64,000 nucleotides of DNA, taken from assembly GCA_963514005.1 (NCBI GenBank), contig OY740782.1, positions 122,636,001 to 122,700,000 on the forward strand. The letters are read 5' to 3'. Shown here piece after piece: positions 39,887-52,885 of the stretch. The notes beneath the pieces were generated by a model. It worked only from the letters and a program-made list of their open reading frames with translations. It was not told the origin of the DNA and did not search any database. A program made the position numbers and the translations under genes. Positions within the stretch are counted from its first letter, which is position 1, and each line of letters opens with the position of its first letter. Source of the DNA: Raja brachyura (Eukaryota).

Positions 39887-40010
39887 TAGGTGGTGAGGCA
39901 TGGAGTGAGAGGGAAAGCAAGTGTTACTTGAAGTTAGAGAAATCAACAGCCAAGGACAGAATGGTCAGTAGGGGAATGGGAGAGGGAGTTAAAGAGCTTA
40001 GCCAAAGGCA

Positions 40011-40178
40011 GCTAAACACTTTAATTCCCCCTCCCATTCCCAAACTGACTGTTCTGTCTTGCACCTCCTCCACTGTCAGTGTGAGGCCCAATGCAAATTG
40101 GAGGAACAGCACCTCATATTTCGCTTGGGCTGCTTACAATCCAGTGGTATGCATATTGATTTATCTAACTTCCAGTAA
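40011..40178 (+). mobile_element. Penelope-like element GIY-YIG endonuclease C-terminal remnant
   Basis: Translates AKHFNSPSHSQTDCSVLHLLHCQCEAQCKLEEQHLIFRLGCLQSSGMHIDLSNFQ*; HF...H and E...I..L....GMN are typical of the PLE endonuclease tail; an inverted partial copy lies at 39890-40010. Confidence 0.75.
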
Positions 40179-40859
40179 CCCTTGCTTTTTCTCTCTCCTG
40201 CCTGTCCCACTTAATTTGTATTCATGGAGTTTTCTGCCACTTTATACTAATTTGGATTCTGATACCATTTAATGTATTAATCAGACATGCACTGGAAAAG
40301 TACAGTTATCTGCAAAGTTGCAAAGACTCCCTCAGAGGGCAAATAAGTAAGTGAGCAGACTGGTATGACATTGAGCCATGTGGACTGTAGACGTTTCAGC
40401 TTTGGACATGGGTCTGTGCAGCCTTAGCTGAGTTTGAGCTGGGAATCATTTTTGCTGATGTGCCTTGGGCTTCTGGACTTGTATAAGGAGAAAATAAATC
40501 AACTTCACTTCTAGTGGCTGTTTGCATTCCAGGGACTCACCCAACAAATTGTTTATAGAACAGGGACATTGTTGAATTTGTCTCCATTGTCCACGTATAT
40601 GGAACAGTAAACCAACAGTCAACTGTTTAGATTCGCAAGTGGTCACTCGGATGGAAAAGCAGAGAATTCCATTGCTCCTGGATGTATGGACACCTGGAAC
40701 TACGGCACTAGATGATTGAGGAACTGAGAACTAGCGATTATAAATTGAATAAATGCCACAAACCCAAGGAGAAGGTGGTGGGGAGAGTATTATAGTCCTC
40801 TCTCCCACTCCCTTTGAGCACCGGCGTCCAGAAGGCCTGTGAACTTACATTATTTTGTA

Positions 40860-41062
40860 ATAACAAGGAACTACAGATGTTGGTTTATACCAAAGGAACA
40901 CACAAAATGCTGGAGTAACTGAGCTGGCCAGGCAGCATATCTGGAAAACATGGATAAGTGATGTTTCAGTTCAGGAAGAAGGGTTATGACCCAAAACATA
41001 ACGTATCCATGTTCTGCAGAGGTGCTGCCTGAACCACTCAGTTACTCCAGCACTTTGTGTCT
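40860..41062. mobile_element. Fold-back PLE-derived element (diverged)
   Basis: Same architecture as 13048-13250. Confidence 0.7.
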
Positions 41063-42771
41063 TTCTTTTATATCTTTATACTGATTTAAAAACAGTTCAA
41101 ATTTTCTCTATTTAAATTGTTCGGTATTTATGTATACAATAAAATACTCTTAAGAGTTAAAAAATACCTCTTCAGGCCATCCCCAAGCATTTAACAGCCA
41201 ATTAAATATTTTGAAATGTAGTTACCTGATAGACTCATAGAAATTTACAGCATGGAAACAAGCGTGTTGTCACACTGAGTCTGTACCAACCATCAGCTAC
41301 CTATTTAGTCTAATCCCACTTTTCATTTTGCGCAAATCTTCATCAATTCCCCTCAAATTCCACCACTACATTCCTACACATTAAAGGCAATTTGCAGTTG
41401 CAAATTAACCTACCAACCTGCCTGTCTTTGGGATGAAGGAGGTAACTCAAACACCCAGTGGAAATTCGTGCAAACTCCACATGGACAGCACCCGAGATCA
41501 GGATTGTAGCCAGCTCTCTGGTGCTGTCAAGCTCCAATTTGTTCTTTTGTGCTGCCCAATTACAAGAAATCCCAGTCTTTGAAATACATTTATCTTACAG
41601 AAAGTTCTCAAAACTAGTAATGTGACTGAGATATAAATATGAGTCAGAAAGTAGTATTATAAAATAAGTAACACATTTTGCAAGAATAACCAGCCACAAG
41701 GTTTGATTATCAATTCAATGAATATCCAGTATATTTTACAATCAGAATTCATTTAGGAAATGTTATTTAATTCATCGTCAAAATGGGAGAAAACTGGAAA
41801 CCTCTGTTGTCTACTCTGTTGGATACTGTTTGTGGTGTAATTTATGTCATGGCATATGTTCAAATATTTGTTTCTGTCAAAATTATACATCAGTTAAATA
41901 TAATTTATTATAGTTTTCTGTGCTTGCTAAAAGCCTTGCATTGAGTATTTAATTGCTTAAGTGTACAATGAAGGTTTCTTGTACAGAGGTTTGATGAATA
42001 GTAATTTAAAAAAAATGTATTTACAGCCCTATTTAAAGGCACTCATTACAGTCAGTCTTATAAATCAAGCCTGCTTGCAGTCAACAGTTGCAGCAGTCCT
42101 GTGCTGACTTTTTATGGAGGTTTCAACCACTCGTGTACTTTAACCAGAAATGAATAATTTTCCAGCTACTGTATTAATTTAGCTATAAGCATATTTTGAT
42201 GTTATTTTAAGGAAGTGTTAAGCTGTAATTTGCCTCAATATTCCACAGTTATGATGAATGCAAGTATTTGAAAAAATTGCATAAGTACCCTGGAAACATA
42301 AATAATGTCTGGCTGGGTTCATGAATTAAAACTTTTATGTGCCCAATACTCCAGTTCTGTTTAAAGGGAACTCATACATTTCCTGTGGGCAGAAACTTCC
42401 TGCTTCAAGTACTTCCTCCACATTTTTCTAGTCTATCATTATTGACTACTTGAATACATTTTTACTCCAGACTAATTAAACATTGACTAGAAAACTCAAT
42501 GAAAAAATATCAGACCTTAACTTTAGCTCCTTACTAAGAATGTCAAAAATATTCTTACTTTCAAACCAAATACCACAGATGATTGCCCAGGGCTACATTA
42601 TTACAAGTATCATGATCCTGGAGAATAACTATATTTTCATGGCTTTCTACCCAGCTAAGAGAGTGAATACAACAGGATTTTTTGGTTCACAATCATATCA
42701 GCAGAACTGACAAAGTGACCAAAGTGACCTATTCTTCAAAAGAAAATTATCTGTGCCAGTTTAGCAAGTCA

Positions 42772-42920
42772 ACATAGAAACATAGAAACATAGAAAATGG
42801 GTGCAGGAGGAGGCCATTCGGTCCTTCGAGCATTCATTGTGATCATAGCTGATAACCAGGCTGATAACCCGTGCCTGCCTTCTCCCCATATCCCTTGATT
42901 CCACTAGCCCCTATAGCTCA
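42772..42920 (-). mobile_element. CR1 3' end fragment
   Basis: (ACATAGAA)n tail and CR1 3' UTR. Confidence 0.8.
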
Positions 42921-43772
42921 ACGAGAGCACTACAGAAGTACACACAATATTACTGGGTCACAGTAGGCCTCTTCAGTCATGCTATGATTATATTCTTCTT
43001 TGGGTTCATGTCTGATATTTTTGAGTGTACTTTTGCATGCTACTGTGGGGGAATTAAACGTAAACATGCTTACTATGAGGAATAGTTTATTCTCTCTAAC
43101 ATGACTCCCTCCACCCATAATTTGCTCCAGAAGTTTAAATCCTCTTCTGGCAACATTTTATGGATGCAAATAGTCCTTGTTCTTAGTTGCCACTGTCCGT
43201 GCATAAACCCAGATAGACAACGTACGGTATCTAGGTGTCCACTTTAGAAAAACAGCTGGGAAGTCTATCCAGTAGCATGTTCCATTAATTAAAACGCTGA
43301 GCTTTAGGCTATAGTGAAGCTGGTCACTGGGCTGATTTCATTGCTAAACTCTTCCATAAAGATAATTGTATTAAAAAATAATTTTCTAAATTGTTCGCCA
43401 GGAAACATTGCCCTAAGCTTTCAAGGATTATGTGTATGAAGATTAAGGAAATCTGAAAAAAAAACTTGGGAGAAGTAATTGGAATCTATTGAGTTGTTTT
43501 AAAACTCAGAATGCTGCCTAATATAATTTACTGAAAAAAACATAACATTTTTTCTCCGTTTGGTCGGCATATGACTCAACTCCCACAACACTTGTTTGAC
43601 TAGTGACTATCCTCAGCAGAGGTCAGGCAAGTGATCAACTTATGTAAAACAGCTATGTTAAGTCAAAGTGCACTATCCTGGAATGTCATTGTCACCGTCT
43701 CATGGCATAAAATGAGTAACAAATGTAGTTTTGCCCGCATTAAATCATTAAAAAAAAATACAAAACCCTTAC

Positions 43773-44102
43773 CAGTACGATACACAAAGTTCCCGTCTGC
43801 TTCAGATGATGATGGCGAAGCTAATTCTTCTTCATATTCATTTGAGCTGAAGGAGCCGGAATGGTTTCTTTTCCTGTCGGCAGCTTTCATAGCTGCGTTT
43901 GATGCCATGACATGCCTTAACGAGTCATTTAAGTAACGATGTAACAAGCTACTTTTGTATTTTGGTGGGGACACATAATCTTCATTGATAATTGTGCCTG
44001 CCCTACCAACTGCCTTCAGAATGGGACTTTCCTTTTTAATCGCAGCCTGAAGGGGTTTGTGGAATTCGCCAACTGCAGGGTTCCTTGCTGGATGTTCTGC
44101 AT
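43773..44102 (-). CDS. mkx: MKX coding exon 4 (DAEHPARN...EDYVSPPKYKSSLLHRYLNDSLRHVM...RNHSGSFSSNEYEEELASPSSSEADGNFVYRT), 330 nt
   Basis: Acceptor ATCGTAG|AT, donor ACTG|GTAAGG; open frame in phase 1/1; contains two conserved Mohawk C-terminal motifs. Confidence 0.95.
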
Positions 44103-44689
44103 CTACGATTTATAAGATAGAGCATATATGGAAAAAAATAATAATAATCTGTTCCTAGGTTCATGAAATAAATAAATGCATTTTATTATAGGATTCTTGG
44201 CTTTATAAACATTGGCAGAGAATACAAAATCCAAGTACGTTGTTATTTACCTCTACATATTACAGATTTAAACCATAAACGAGTGTTGTGTTCTGTCTGG
44301 GCACCACACTTTAAAAAGAGCCCAGAGGAGATTTATTAGAGAGGATGGATTAGAAAATTCAATTAGACAGGTGAAGGTTGTTCTCCGCAAAGCAATTAAG
44401 ATGAAGGAAGGAATCAGTGAAAGGGTTCACCTCAAGAATAGCCATAATAAAGTACTGCTGTAATGCTGCAATGATGTGCCTGGAAAAACTATAGCAAGTA
44501 CGAGGTGGATTGTTCTGTTCCAAGTGCTTATGACATTTAAACATTCATGACACTTGAAATTAAATTATTTTGACTGACGGGATGGATATTCAGAGGGCAC
44601 AAATATAATTTGGGAAGAGAGGAAGAGAAATTTGTTTATGGATCAACATTATCTGATTAGAATGCACTGTCTGAAAGAATGGTGGAAAC

Positions 44690-44987
44690 ATTGGCGTAGC
44701 GGTCGAATTGCTGCCTTAGAGTGCCAGAGACCCTGGTTCAATCCAGATTGTTTATATGGAGTTCGTACGTTTTCACTGTGAACGTGTGGGATTTCCCTGG
44801 GTGCTCCGGTTTCCTCCCACATTCCAATGACGTGCAGGTTTGTAGGTTAATTGGCTTTCGTATAAATTATAAATTGGCCCTAGTGTGTAGGATAGTGTTA
44901 GTGTACGGGGTTGAGTGCTGGTCGGCATGGACTTAGTGGGCTGAAGGGCCTGTTTCCGCATTGTATCTCTAAAGTCTAAAGTCTAAA
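44690..44987 (+). mobile_element. HE1-like V-SINE
   Basis: TGGCGTAGCGGTCG..TTGCTGCC...GGTTCAATCC head, V core, (TCTAAAG)n tail. Confidence 0.85.
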
Positions 44988-47900
44988 ACGTTATTTCTTA
45001 TTAATTTATGGGGTTGTGCGTTGCTGGTAATCCTAGCATTTGTTATTCATCCATAAATATCTTGTCAACTGACGTTCAGAGGGAAGTTGTTGTATTCAGG
45101 CCCAACAACAATGAAGCAATGGAATGGTATGTTTCAAACTTGGAGTAAGGAAGGATGGGACATAACTTACATCCTTCTCCCTGGCCCACTTTCCCAATTA
45201 CTTTTATGTCTTCAGAAAGTGTAAAAGCACCCAGGCCCTCTTTTAATTCACTGATAAACTGAAAAGTTTAGGATAAAGTACAAGATTCTGCATTACCTAC
45301 CCTCCCCCAAGCCACTGCCCACCACCCCCAAAATGACGTATTGACTTCTGCTATATGTTCTTTGTTTGTTACTAAATACTCAACTCATGCTGATCTTATG
45401 GGTCCTAGATTTGTGTTGGAACTTCCTGATTGGCAGCTCACTGAATACTTCTGAAAATAAAAATGCACCACGTGCCTTGGTTTCACTCATTTATCCTTAG
45501 TGTTACAACTTCAAACAACTCGAACAGCTTTGTCAAATATGATGTTCAAGAAGGAACTGCAGATGCTGGAAAATCAAAGGTAGACAAAAGTGCTGGAGAA
45601 ACTCAACGGGTGTGGCAGCATCAATGGAGCGAAGGAAATAGGCAACTTTTCGGGCCGAAACCTTTCTTCAGATATGATACCCCTTTCTTATTTGTGTGGT
45701 CCTTTTGCAAAATGCATCATATTATCTCTAATTCTATATCCTGGATTAGTAATGAATTAGCCACCAAATCTAAATGAGTAGTTAATTAGTCATACCAAAT
45801 TATTAATATTAATTTCTTCACATTTCTCTCTCTCTCATTAGACACTTGGTTTACCACTGTTCCCAAACAAGGTACAGATATGCAAATACAAAGTGTTCAA
45901 TGTCTACAATTTCTTTACTATAATTACTACTGTCTCTGCCTCTTGGGAACATATCCTTATTTTGGCTAATCTCAAGTTTTTAAATATCTGTAAAACCTTT
46001 TAAAATCTGTTTTTATGTCTCTTGCTAGTTTACACTCATGCTCTAAGTCCTTTGGCTTACTGCTTTTTTGGCAACCTTCTAAGCCTATTCCTATAATTTA
46101 AAGTTATCTTTAACATCTCTTGCACTAATCACTAATCAGACCACTAAGTTTGCACTTTCCCTGGTGTTTTTTTATTTGTTAAGGGAATTTATATTTTTTA
46201 TGTTATGAATTATTCTTTCATTCCTTGCCTTTATTTAACTAGTTTTTTTAATCTTGTTTCCCAATCCACCATGGTCATTTCGGCGTTTGCTTTGCTCAGA
46301 TTTTTTTTAAAACTATTTTTTGCCATGATTAAATCACCTTCAAATGAACTATAAAATTCTATCATATTATGATCACACTTCTGCAGAGGCTCCTGTTAAT
46401 TGATCTGGTCTCACAATACAATATTACACGTAAAATAGCCTGTTCAATGGCACATCTATATGTGTAATTATCTTAAATGATTTATATAAACTCCTTTTTA
46501 ATAAACTCATTTTACATATGTTTTATATAAACTTTTCCCAAACCTATTAGAAGATCCATGTCCTTTAACACTATCATCACTTTGAAGAGGACCAAACACT
46601 TCACTACACCAGTGCTTTCTTAGCATCTCCAAAACAATATAGAGAACGTCATTTGGTTGCTTTAATCAATCCTTTATTGTCCAGGATATTTCTTTCACTA
46701 CTTTTTCCTATTTCATCCATTGTCTGAAAGTTATCTTTGGTTAAATATTAATTCCCAGTCAGTCTCAATCACATCACTTTTATTAGATCAAAACTGTATA
46801 TTTTGGTGTAAAAGACCATCTATTTTATTATGTACGCTCCATGTACTGTTAGTATAAAGTTGCTAGACCTAACCCCTACATAATCCCAGTAGCTAATGCT
46901 ATACCCTTTTCTTGTTCTTAATCTAATAGTTCAAGGGTCTCCAATGAGGTACATAGTAGCTGTGGACTACTCTCTAATTATTAGTAAGATGGTTCAATTG
47001 CCTGATAACAGGCAACTTCCCTAACTGATGCACAAATCAGATGATTGTTACCTGTAAGATTATTTCGACTGTGTATCTTTAAACTCTTCTGCATAAACGT
47101 TTTCCTTTTTCTTCCCATGCTGTTTGTTTCAAAATGGACCGTCACTAGACTGGATCCCACTTTCACTTGATATGCAAAGTTCTCTTCCAGCCACAGGCTT
47201 AACCCATAATATTTTCTTTCTCAACTAAAATCCATGTTGTGTGGAATTTTTCTTTACAAAATCTTTAGATATGCAATCTGACCCCTGCACAGAAGTCTAA
47301 AATTTATATACTTTAGACTTAGGGAGAGGTCTTTGTTAGGTCACCTCTATTAATTATGCACATATAATATTAGCATTATGTTCCAGTCAAGATAAATGTA
47401 ATACACACATGTTGGTGAAGTTGAAAACACGTTCATTTATATTTTGTTACCTCAAGGAAGCACTTTCTCCAGCAGAAATTACTTATTCAAATGTCCTGTC
47501 ATAGAAATGCATTAATTTTATTTTGAATATTCTGTATTTATAGTTTAACATATCCATGGAAACATCTGCATTGAATGCCAATGGATATCTCTACACTCAC
47601 TTTACACTTCTTAGTCTGGATTAAGGTTCATAATTACAAATGTTGTGCTTTAATTCTATTTTGTATATATTTAGCATAAGGGATTGTTATTGGAGCAAGT
47701 AAATCATGACATTGGCAGATCACTGAATCAGAAAATTATTAATTTACTTGTATGGGTTAAGATTCCTTTAAACATATAAGAAGGCAGTGCTGCATTTGAA
47801 CTTTTCCATGTAATTAAACTGAGAGAAACAGTGGGGAGAGGTTAAGAATAGCAGAAGCATGGGGCTCCAGAAATAATTGTAGCTATACCTCAAAGGTACA

Positions 47901-49856
47901 CCCCAAAGGTTGTCTGACTTAAATTCCTGCTTATGCCTTGACGATTGTGATGAGTTGCGCTTCACTGCTAATGTTCTGCACAGACTTATTGTAGAATGTT
48001 GAAGAGCAGCTGCAGCAGTTCTGTGTTTCTGCCAACTTTTATTCTCCTGTTCCAATCAACAACACTGACTAACAGCCTGGCCATCTCTCCTGGCATCAAG
48101 TAGGCCACCTCATTGATCTATTGATTTCACAATCCAAAGCCAGGGGCAGCATTTTTTTTATCATGATTACCATTGTTATTATCTTTCACTTAAGAATTGA
48201 TGGTAACACATCATATATCAACCAGTCCTGCCACAGTTTCCATTGGTTTTTCGATCCAATGGTCAATTAACCACTTTGCAAAAGGCAGAATCATCAGAAG
48301 AAAGTGAACAGCATCAGATTTGTTGGCAGCCACCTATTTAGTGAGGGCCTTGGAAAAATGTGTCTATATTTGTGATATTATAAATTTGTCACCTTTATTT
48401 CACATGAGTGAGAACACAAGAGTGCAAAGATGTAGGAGCGGGAGTAGGCCACCAGACTCAACAAGCCTGGCACACCAGTCAATATGCTCATGGCTCATCA
48501 ATGCTGGCCTCACCTCATCTGTGCTAGATCCCCCATAACCATTAATTCCTCAATCGTTCAAATATTTATCTATCTACACTTCAAATATATTGATTCACCT
48601 TGCTTCCATCAACTTCAAGAGCAGAGAGTTCCAGAAAGTCACTACCCTCTGAGAGGTGCACTCTCTGCACATGTTTAAACAACGGCCCCATTATTTTTCA
48701 ATCTTCACTTCTTCACCTCAAATTATCCCTTTGACTCTTCCACTCATGAAAGCATCTCAACTTCCAGCCTGTAAAGTGCTCCGCACCTGGCTTCAGTCTC
48801 TAAGAGTTGGAAAATATTGCTCAACTTGGGAAAGATAACCAAGGGAAAGGGGAAAAGATTAATCTTACAACTGAAAAAGTATATTGATATGATTCAAATA
48901 ATGGATATAAACCTAATGGACAGGACATGATATAATCCTACCTGTTTAATCATGCTGGTTCACAGGAGAGCATAATAAAAGTTCTGCACTTGATTGTGAA
49001 TAGTAACAGCATTCCCAATGTGCCATCATCATAGATGTTTCAAGATGCTAAAGACCTATAGTTGCTAAGAAATATCAGGACAAGTTTGCTTCCAGGATTT
49101 CAATTACTGCACAAAAGCAGTAGAGGATCTCAACAGAAATAGTAATTGTGGAACTATAAGCAGGCACCAATCTTTCATGTTTTTATCCATGAATTGTTAT
49201 CATTCCTATCAACAATTCATTCATCCTTACGACACATAATTAAATTAATTTTTATTTTCCAAGTGTTCTCACAAAGAAAATCACAATTTTCGTTTGGTTG
49301 ACCTTAAGCAAAAACAAAATCAAACAATAAGTTTCTTAAGTTTGAGTCATGATCAAAGGTCTGCTAACCTTTTTATTCGACTCAGTTAGTGGCATGTTCT
49401 CACCCACTTTCTTACTAAATTTCAGGAAAGCTTAGTGAAAAACAAATTTCTGTTTGATTTGATGCTTTACAGTTTATTTTCTTTGTGTGACTGCTCTTTC
49501 AAAGCATGTATCTTAAAGATTTTTAATTATAACACTCTGCCTTAAGCATATATTCAATATTAACAACATGTGACTTTTTATTACATACGTTCAAAATAAA
49601 GGAACCTATAGATCAGCAGCCAAAAATGCCCCAGACACATTTAAAAATTCACTTGAGTTTAAATGCACATCAAGACATGTAGCACTTTGGCCTCATATTT
49701 TTACTTTCCCTTCAGAGAACACAGCTCTTGTTGGACAGAAGATTGACTCCTGTATCCATAAATAACAGAACATTCTGTAATAAGGCAGTGCCAAATAATA
49801 ATAAGACATGTTGCAAAAGAATATAGAACTCAAAGGACTTTGTTCATTTCCCATAC

Positions 49857-50010
49857 CTTCCGAACATGTGTCATCACTGCTAATGCTGAGTCGTTCTGCG
49901 TTGCCCTGTACGTACTTGTTGTATAACTTTATTCGTAAGGCCCAGCTCAAATCTGGTTGTCTAACAGTATTCTTCAGGCGACGCCTAGCATTTGCAAACC
50001 AGTTGGAAAC
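49857..50010 (-). CDS. mkx: MKX coding exon 3, homeodomain helix 3 and downstream (VSNWFANARRRLKNTVRQPDLSWALRIKLYNKYVQGNAERLSISSDDTCSE), 154 nt
   Basis: Acceptor TTTCTAATAG|G, donor GAAG|GTATGG; WFANARRRLK is the Iroquois/Mohawk-type recognition helix. Confidence 0.97.
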
Positions 50011-52569
50011 CTATTAGAAAAAGTATATATATTTAAAGTAAATGGCTATTTGGCAAAAAGATTTCCAAAAATCTCTGTTACAAAAATTGTCATCTACAAG
50101 CCCAATTTTTTTCTTCTCGATATTTACGTAAATGAAATGCAATTATTTTGCCTACAGCTTCCTTAAAACATAAGTTTTCCATCTGAAGCTAAACATAAGG
50201 AACAAAACAACATTAACCATTACGCTGCAGCAGTGGTCCAATGTAATAGCATGGTTTCAGAATACATTTCAACAACTTTCTTCACAAGGGCGTTTCACCT
50301 CTCAACTGCGCACTTTATTTCATGTGCTCTTTATTTATTGCCTTTGCTCCACAATGAAATGGTTAAAATAAGTGAGTGGAGCAAAACAGATAAGATTTCA
50401 TGGCACCATATGTTGGTGCTCTGAGGCTTTTTTCCTTGGCTGCTTGTTGCACCCAGAATTTGCTTTGTGCTCCACGCAGATAGTACAGTAGAACGTGGCA
50501 GGGAAGGCTTCATGCTGATTGTGGTCACTGGGGGAGCAAGTAAGTTCACCTAGCCAATAATATGCACTGTCTTGCCAATTGGAAGAAGTTCTGAGCTAAA
50601 AAAATAAAGCAAATCTGGGACCTCGCTGTAGCTGTTGTGAATTCAGTACTGCAAGATTCTTTACAAGTGACAAGAAACTAAAATTTTATTGCAAATTGGT
50701 GGCTCAAGGTACATTAATTTCGTAATTTTTGAAATGCAAAATGCAAATACGAAATCGTAACTTTGATGTAATTAAATATGGTCAGAAATAATGCAAGTCT
50801 CGTTTAAGGACGAGGCAGCAATTTGACATAAAGAATTAATAAAAATATTGAAAATAACAGCACTACCTTAGGATCGAGTTAAAACAAAATATGGGCAATA
50901 TATATCTGTCTGGCATAATGTATTAGTAAGTTGTAAGTCTGATTAATTTTACTGCATTGATATTGTGCCAAATCCATGTGGCATCAAAAACTGTAGTTAA
51001 TAGTTACTGATCTGATTTCAACCAAAAACAATATTAATACAAGGCACCACCTGTGTTAATCATAGTCAGTGGCGGATGATTTTTTTACTAAGAGGAGGTG
51101 AAACAAAATATGGCCATGTGGAAATTACACAACTCAATCCGGTCTGGGCCTTCACAATTATTACAAGTAATAAAACATGCAAGTAATATCCTGTAATGTG
51201 GGATCAAGAAATGTAAAATTAGCAAAAAGAAATGTAATCATGAAGGTGCCTAAATGGGTTTGGTTTTAATTGTCAGCTGTCAAAAGACAAGGAATGGAAA
51301 ATTCAGTTGGGAGGCTTGGGTTGGCTATGTAAAGCAGTAAAGCAAAGGTGATTAGCCCTCATAGAAACCTCTCTTCAAGAAAAGTGAACACAGGTGGCTG
51401 AGAAGACTCGGCATTAGTTCGTTGTGAATACTTTATGTTTCGCGCCGGATTGCTCAGCCGCTGTGCGTATGTACACCGGATTTTGGATGTGTATTGATGT
51501 GACATTGTGGGGGGGGGGGTGGGGGGGGATAATGTGGGAACACTGCGTCGTGTTATTCCAAGCCACCAATTTCAAGGCAATTGTGCTTTAAATATCCTTA
51601 TTTTTCTTTGACCGAATGCTTCAAAAACGTATTTTGGAGATTGACACGCGTGTAGGATTGCATTAAAGGATAAATTAGTGGAAATATCTACAGCGACAGT
51701 TACGAGGTTATTATTTCATTGCTGAACATTATATTTCATCTATGACTTTTCTCCGTTATAGCAGGTACCCACAGCGGGTTTCTGTATTTAGCTTTGTCTG
51801 TTTTGATTCCGTGCCTTTACAGGAACTTTGCCTTTGCATGTTTTATTGCCACGAGCCCTTCATGAGCTGTGTAAATAAATTGTCAATAAACTGGAATAAC
51901 AACCATCGCCCCTCTTTGAATTCGCCCTAAGCCGCTTGATTCTGGTTTCTGATGATTTATCTACATTGAAATATGATTTGCTCGCCAATTCTCCGCCAAA
52001 TTTGCAGAGGCAGGTGCGCTGGGCGGCGGCGTTGAAGTAAGATGGGATGGGGTGGGTAATTGCTGGTGCCGGGAATCGATCGAGTCGATCGATCGAATGG
52101 GACGAAAATGAGCAGAGTTACAAACTGCAGGACCACCTTTCATTGAGGCACGGGAGTATTTCACTCGATTATTCAGCCGGGGAATCAACTAAGCAGTGGA
52201 GGAACAGATTCACTCCTAAAATACAAGTGTCCAGAATCCCTTCCTTCTTCCACCAAAAATAAGATTTGGTTTGTTCTTTTTTACTCATTAACACAAGGTG
52301 TTGCTTTTGCATTATTAATATTATACGATGCTGCCTTAACCTCGAATAGCGTGTAAGCCCCTCCAGGGAAACCGCATCTCCCATCAACTAGCTGTTACTG
52401 ATGGAAGTGTCTGCACTAAGAGAAGATATAAAGCGGATGGGACGACGTTTGCTTTCAAGCAATCGTCTCATATTCCAAGTCAATGCGAGCAAACCGAGAG
52501 AATAAGTAATATGACATTGCAATCAAAAAGCAAGTTTCAAACCATGTTCAAAAGATAGAACAAAAATGA

Positions 52570-52885
52570 TTGGGTGACGTTTCGGGTCGAAACCCTTCTT
52601 CAGACTGAAGTAGTTAGATAGAGCTCTTAAAGACAGTGGAGTCAGGGGACATGGGGGAAGGCAGAAACGGGGGTACTAATTGTGGATGATCAGCCATGAT
52701 CACATTGATTGGCGGTGCTAGCTCGAAGGGGCGAATGGCCTACTCCTACACCTATTGTCTATTGACTATGGTCGAACCGAAACGTTACCCATTCCTTCTC
52801 CCCAGAGATGCTGCATGTCCCGCTGAGTTACTACAGCAATCTGTGTATCTTCGGTTTAAACCAGCATCTGCAGTTCCTTCCTACG
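52570..52885. mobile_element. PLE-derived fold-back element interrupted by a CR1 3' end (52612-52768)
   Basis: Left arm GGGTGACGTTTCGGGTCGAAACCCTTCTTCAG; right arm CCGAAACGTTACCCATTCC...CAGCATCTGCAGTTCCTTCC. Confidence 0.75.
52576..52603 (-). ncRNA. Candidate minimal hammerhead ribozyme motif (PLE-associated)
   Basis: Minus strand CUGAAGA-A-GGGU(UUCG)ACCC-GAAA-CG-UC: catalytic boxes, 4-bp stem II with UUCG loop, palindromic ACGU stem III, GUC cleavage triplet; stem I is weak. Confidence 0.5.

Noticed and set aside
50480-50539. Plus-strand 60-nt exon-like segment (CCACGCAG|...CAA|GTAAGT)
   Set aside because: Isolated splice-site pair with no partner exons; expected by chance.
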